In this document: in pieces, positions 58,537-64,000 of the stretch | Layout: each line of letters opens with the position of its first letter | Numbering within the stretch: the stretch's first letter is position 1 | From: Eledone cirrhosa | Taxonomy: Eukaryota | Length of the DNA: 64,000 nt | Assembly (NCBI GenBank): GCA_964016885.1 | Contig: OZ024749.1 | Span: 19,158,001-19,222,000 of the forward strand | Direction: 5' to 3' | Program-made: the position numbers and the translations under genes | The notes under the pieces: generated by a model | What the model was told of the DNA's origin: nothing | The model's input: the letters and a program-made list of their open reading frames with translations, nothing else | Database searches by the model: none

Positions 58537-58570
58537 ATATATATAGATATATATGTATATATATATATAT

Positions 58571-58619
<49 letters not shown>

Positions 58620-58629
58620 ATATGTATAG

Positions 58630-58660
<31 letters not shown>

Positions 58661-58705
58661 ATATGTATAGATATATATATAGATATATATATGATATATG
58701 TATAG

Positions 58706-58736
<31 letters not shown>

Positions 58737-58781
58737 ATATGTATAGATATATATATAGATATATATATGATATATGTATAG

Positions 58782-58812
<31 letters not shown>

Positions 58813-58842
58813 ATATGTATAGATATATAGATATATATATAT

Positions 58843-58893
<51 letters not shown>

Positions 58894-58933
58894 ATATGTA
58901 TAGATAGATATATATATAGATAGATACATATGA

Positions 58934-59002
<69 letters not shown>

Positions 59003-59025
59003 TATGTATAGATATATATATATAT

Positions 59026-59853
59026 GTTTCTTTTATTTGGCACTAGGGCATCAAAAGTGGGACAAGTACAAAGGGGGGAGTTTACACAAAAAGGCTTCCT
59101 CAATAAGGAGGAGGCAATAACAAAATATAAAAATAAAATAAGATATAACAAAAAATAAAATTTATAACAAAATCCTCAATAGAGAGGAGGCGCCTTGGGG
59201 GGTCGCACACACTCCCGAAAAAAGTGTGCAACCCTTCTCCTCAGGAGCACAGAGAAGGGGTGCTCCCTTGGTCTTTCCTCTTCCTCACCTATATTCTGAT
59301 GTAGAGTGAAGGCCCATTCACACGGGCCATTCTCGCCACTTTCACCCATCTTTCATAGAAACGGCTGGGGTGCAGCACCTCTCTCTCCATCCTGATCCTT
59401 CTTCCGAAATGATAACGGAAGAAACGGACCAGTTGTTGGCCAGAGAGAAAGGTGCCTGACCTCAGTCCTTTCAGACGCGTCCACCATACAACCTCTTTCG
59501 CCATGGCTATTACGCACAGAAACACCGCCTCTGCTTCATCTTTGAAGGGGGGAGGCGGCTTGATCATTACAATAGACTCGGTGGTCAACCGGATCGGTCC
59601 CACCCTTGACAGCAGTTGTTCGACATAGCCCCACAGATCGGCTACGCCCGAGCAGTGTACCAATGCGTGTGCAACGGTTTCCTCGTCGCACACGCATCTG
59701 GGACAGATCTTTTTGGCGGGGTCCCTACCCGGGCGCCCGTGTCTGTAGAGCCTTTCTCGAACGGGTAAAGCCCCTCGGTAGCACTGCCAGGCCAGGGACT
59801 TCTGGAAGTTGTCCATAGGTCCCGGGCTGAATGTCCTACCGAACAGGCTGGCC

Positions 59854-59855
<2 letters not shown>
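59026..59855 (-). mobile_element. L1/Tx1-clade LINE 3' fragment (zf-RVT region; ORF to 59289)
   Basis: LAW...GALPVRERL...CPRC...EETVAHALVHC...LW CCHC motif. Confidence 0.82.
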
Positions 59856-59898
<43 letters not shown>

Positions 59899-59908
59899 AG
59901 TATATATG

Positions 59909-59945
<37 letters not shown>

Positions 59946-59946
<1 letters not shown>

Positions 59947-60070
59947 ACGAAGGAAATGTGGTAAGGAACCAGGTGGACCATAACGCACCAAAGTACTCAA
60001 TACTTGAGGTAGTAGAGTGGGTAATAGGAACCAGTAAGACCCCGACAGCTGAGCTCAAGCCGTTTCGACG
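59946..60070 (-). mobile_element. PLE-4 3' terminal fragment
   Basis: Reverse complement of 37904-38029. Confidence 0.87.
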
Positions 60071-60181
60071 GTGGAGATGACGAGGGACCGTGACGAGTGG
60101 AGAGATGCTCTGCTGAATAAGACCCGTCCCACCCTTGCAAGCAGGGAAAAGCGGACGCAAAATGATGATGATGATGATACA

Positions 60182-60214
<33 letters not shown>

Positions 60215-60277
60215 CCGTCCAAACCCATGCAAGCGTGGAACACGGACGCTAAACCTGATGATGATGATGATGATGAT
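60069..60277 (+). mobile_element. Two short RTE 3' tail fragments (subfamily C 60069-60178; subfamily A 60215-60277)
   Basis: Match 57475-57584 and 58472-58536. Confidence 0.85.
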
Positions 60278-60432
60278 ATACATTATATATATATATATAT
60301 TATATATATATATATATATATATGATATATATATATATATATGATATATATATATATATATGATATATATGATATATATATATATATATATGATATATAG
60401 ATATATATATATATATGTTATATATATATATA

Positions 60433-60502
<70 letters not shown>

Positions 60503-60527
60503 ATTATATATATATATATGATATATA

Positions 60528-61820
60528 TCATCATCCTCATCAACGTTTAACGTCCGTGTTCCACGCTTGCATGGGTTTGGACGGGGGTAGTCCCACTTGA
60601 GGCAAGAGTGATTGTCTTGCTCGCATAGGACTGTCTGGCAGGTTTTCTACAGTTGGATGCCCTTCCTAACACCAACCACATTTACAGTGTGGGTCTGGGA
60701 GGTTTTTACCGTGTTGCCTACACGGCCACATTACAGCGTGGACTGTGTGTTTTTTTTTGTCGTGACAACTACACGATCTCATTTGTTTCGGCCTCGATGG
60801 CGCGGCACTAACATAACTTTACATAGAACGGGGTGGTGTGGATGGGGTGGGGGTGGTGGTGGTGGGACGGGGTGTATTTTGTTAGAGATGCCTACTGGCT
60901 GGAGTAGGTTTTACTATATATTTAGGTAAGGCGGGTCTTCTCTGTTACTGAGTACCGCCAAAGGTCTCGGTCCAGTGACATTGTCTTGGAGAGGTGTAAG
61001 TGTGTGATGTCGGAGTTTATCAGCTCGTCCCAGGTTTTTCTAGGTCTGCCTATTCCGTGACTACCGTCTATCTTTATTGCCCTGCACTTTGTTATACAGC
61101 TATCGACTTTCATGCGCATCACGTGTCCATACCAACGTAGCCTTCTCTCGAGTAAACAACATCTGATCCCTCTTATCTCTAATTTTTTCCTTAGTTCGTT
61201 TATGCTTTGCCGTTCACGTATATTACTGTTACACATCCAGCGGAGCATGCAAGCTTCGTTCCTCTCTAGTCTGCGTATATCCTCTGCACACAATGCCCAG
61301 GTCTCACTGCCATGCAGCATTGCTGTTCGTATGCAGGCATCGTACAACCTGCCTTTCATTTTTAGGGAGAACCCTTTAGCAGCTAATAGTGGTATAAGCT
61401 CTCTGAACTTTTTCCAACCAGTTCTGACTCTAGCTACAGTACTTTCAGAGCACCCTCCCCTACTGGTGATTTTATCGCCCAGGTAACGGAAGCTGCTATT
61501 TCTATAGAACCCTCTGCGCAATTGAAAGAGCTAGTATTTTGTGGGCACTTGCTGCTACTTATTGCACCAAAGCACCGGCCACATGTAAAATCTATGTTCT
61601 TAGTTAGCTTACCTGTGATCCCACTACATCTTTTATGCACCCATACTTTGCATTTAGGACATAAAATGGAGTTTCTACCTACGCCTTTCCTACACACCGA
61701 GCACGACCATTTCCCAGAAGGGACCGCCGCCTTGTTTTCTTTCCTACAAACTAGTACTTTGGTCTTAGCCAGGTTAATTTTAAGTCCTTTTGACTCTAGG
61801 CCGTGCTTCCATGTTTGGAA
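60528..61820 (-). mobile_element. 5'-truncated RTE subfamily A copy with small internal deletion
   Basis: Near-identical to 38788-40070. Confidence 0.93.
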
Positions 61821-62241
61821 TATATATATATTCGTGCTTCCATGTTTGGAATATATATATATGATATATATATATGATATATATATATATGATATATATA
61901 TATATGATATATATATATGATATATATATATGATATATATATATATATGATATATATATATCATATATATACCTATGTATATATATATATAGATAGATAT
62001 AGATAGATAGATAGATAGATATGATAGATATGATAGATAGATATATATATATATATGATAGATAGATAGATAGATAGATATATATATGATAGATAGATAG
62101 ATAGATAGATAGATATATATATATGATAGATAGATAGATAGATATATATATATGATAGATAGATAGATATATATATATGATAGATAGATAGATAGATATA
62201 TATATGATAGATAGATAGATAGATATATATATGATATATAG

Positions 62242-62288
<47 letters not shown>

Positions 62289-62348
62289 AGATAGATAGAT
62301 AGATATGTATATATACATATATATATATAGATATATATATATATATGA

Positions 62349-62396
<48 letters not shown>

Positions 62397-62719
62397 ATAT
62401 GTATATATATAGATATATATATATATATATATATATATGATATATGTATATATATAGATATATGTATATATATAGATATATGTATATATATAGATATATG
62501 TATGTATATATATAGATATATGTATATATATATATAGATATATATATATATATGATATATATATAGATATATATATATATGATATATATATAGATATATA
62601 TATATATGATATATGTATATATATATATATATATGATATATATATAGATATATATATATATGATATATATATAGATATATATATATGATATATATATATA
62701 GATATATATATATATATGA

Positions 62720-62764
<45 letters not shown>

Positions 62765-62774
62765 GATATATATA

Positions 62775-62811
<37 letters not shown>

Positions 62812-62925
62812 ATATATATGATATATATATATATATATATATATATGATATATATATGTATAGATATATATATATATATATATATGATATATATATGTAT
62901 ATATATATATATATATAGATATATA

Positions 62926-63379
62926 TCATCATCATCATCATCACCGTTTTACGTCCGTTCTTCCACGCTAGCATTGGTTAGACGGGTTGTCCTGTTGTGG
63001 GCAGTGTCTGGTCGGCTGACCATGCCTTGCTCATACAGGAACTGATCTGGCTTGATTTCTACAGCTGGATGCCCTTCCTAACACCAACCTCATTTACAGT
63101 GAGTGCTGGGTGCTTTTTCGTGGTGCCTACACGTCCACTTTACAGTGTGGGCTGGGTGCTTTTTTGCCATGGCACCTCCACGACCACCTTGCGGTGGGGG
63201 AGTGGGGGCATATTGTTTATATGCTTCAGCATGTACCCATGGGAGGTCGGGTACCCTGTATTACTGCGTGACGCCAGAAGTCACGGTCGTATGTCATTGT
63301 CTTTGAGAGGTGTAGTTGGGTAAGGTCGGCTTTTATCACCTCATCCCAAGTCATCTTGGGTCTCCCCACTCCGCGGTTT
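62926..63379 (-). mobile_element. RTE subfamily B 3' fragment
   Basis: Near-identical to 42300-42751. Confidence 0.92.
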
Positions 63380-63491
63380 ATGATATATATATATATGATA
63401 TATTTTATGATATATATATATATATATATGATATATATATATATATATATATATGATATATATATGATATATATATATATATATATATATA

Positions 63492-63599
<108 letters not shown>

Positions 63600-63787
63600 A
63601 TATATATATATATATATATATATGATATATATATATATATATATATATATGATATATATATATATATATATATATATATTGATATATATATATATATATA
63701 TATATATGATATATATATATATATATATATATATGATATATATATATATATATATATATATGATATATATATATATATATATATATA

Positions 63788-63870
<83 letters not shown>

Positions 63871-63874
<4 letters not shown>

Positions 63875-64000
63875 AAAGAATAGAGGTGTAACACACAAGT
63901 TATTATATATTGGTAAACGGAATAGAAAATGCTGACAAATTGTTCACAGTTGAAAAATGGTTTAATTATGAATAAAAGAGTATTAGTGATTGTATGGGTT
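63871..64000. repeat. Terminus of the repeat family seen at 7575-7698
   Basis: aaaagaatagaggtgtaacacacaagtta...gctgacaaattgttcacag. Confidence 0.8.

Overview
AT-rich, repeat-saturated animal genomic DNA, probably an octopus or other cephalopod (inferred from repeat content, not proven). No host gene is securely identifiable apart from one candidate 18-nt microexon, and most track ORFs are translations of (TA)n/(ACC)n microsatellites. The window is a nest of retroelements sitting in (TA)n arrays. It holds several Penelope-like elements (PLEs) with direct and inverted pseudo-LTRs, including two near-full-length Naiad-type copies; one has an intact ~810-aa RT+GIY-YIG ORF once a SINE is removed. 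It also holds about a dozen hammerhead ribozyme motifs from 6-7 families (one with a U3-A8 core), RTE LINEs with a PHD-type finger, CR1 and L1/Tx1 fragments, a mariner, piggyBac-like MITEs and tRNA SINEs. The most striking signal is a 110-bp inverted repeat in the Naiad 3' UTR/pLTR. Its arms differ at about 33 sites, about 32 of which are A-to-G on the element's sense strand, with ADAR-like neighbour preference, and the direction is confirmed by an unedited relative at 18.6 kb. This looks like A-to-I hyper-editing written back into the genome by retrotransposition, and it destroyed a nested hammerhead core.
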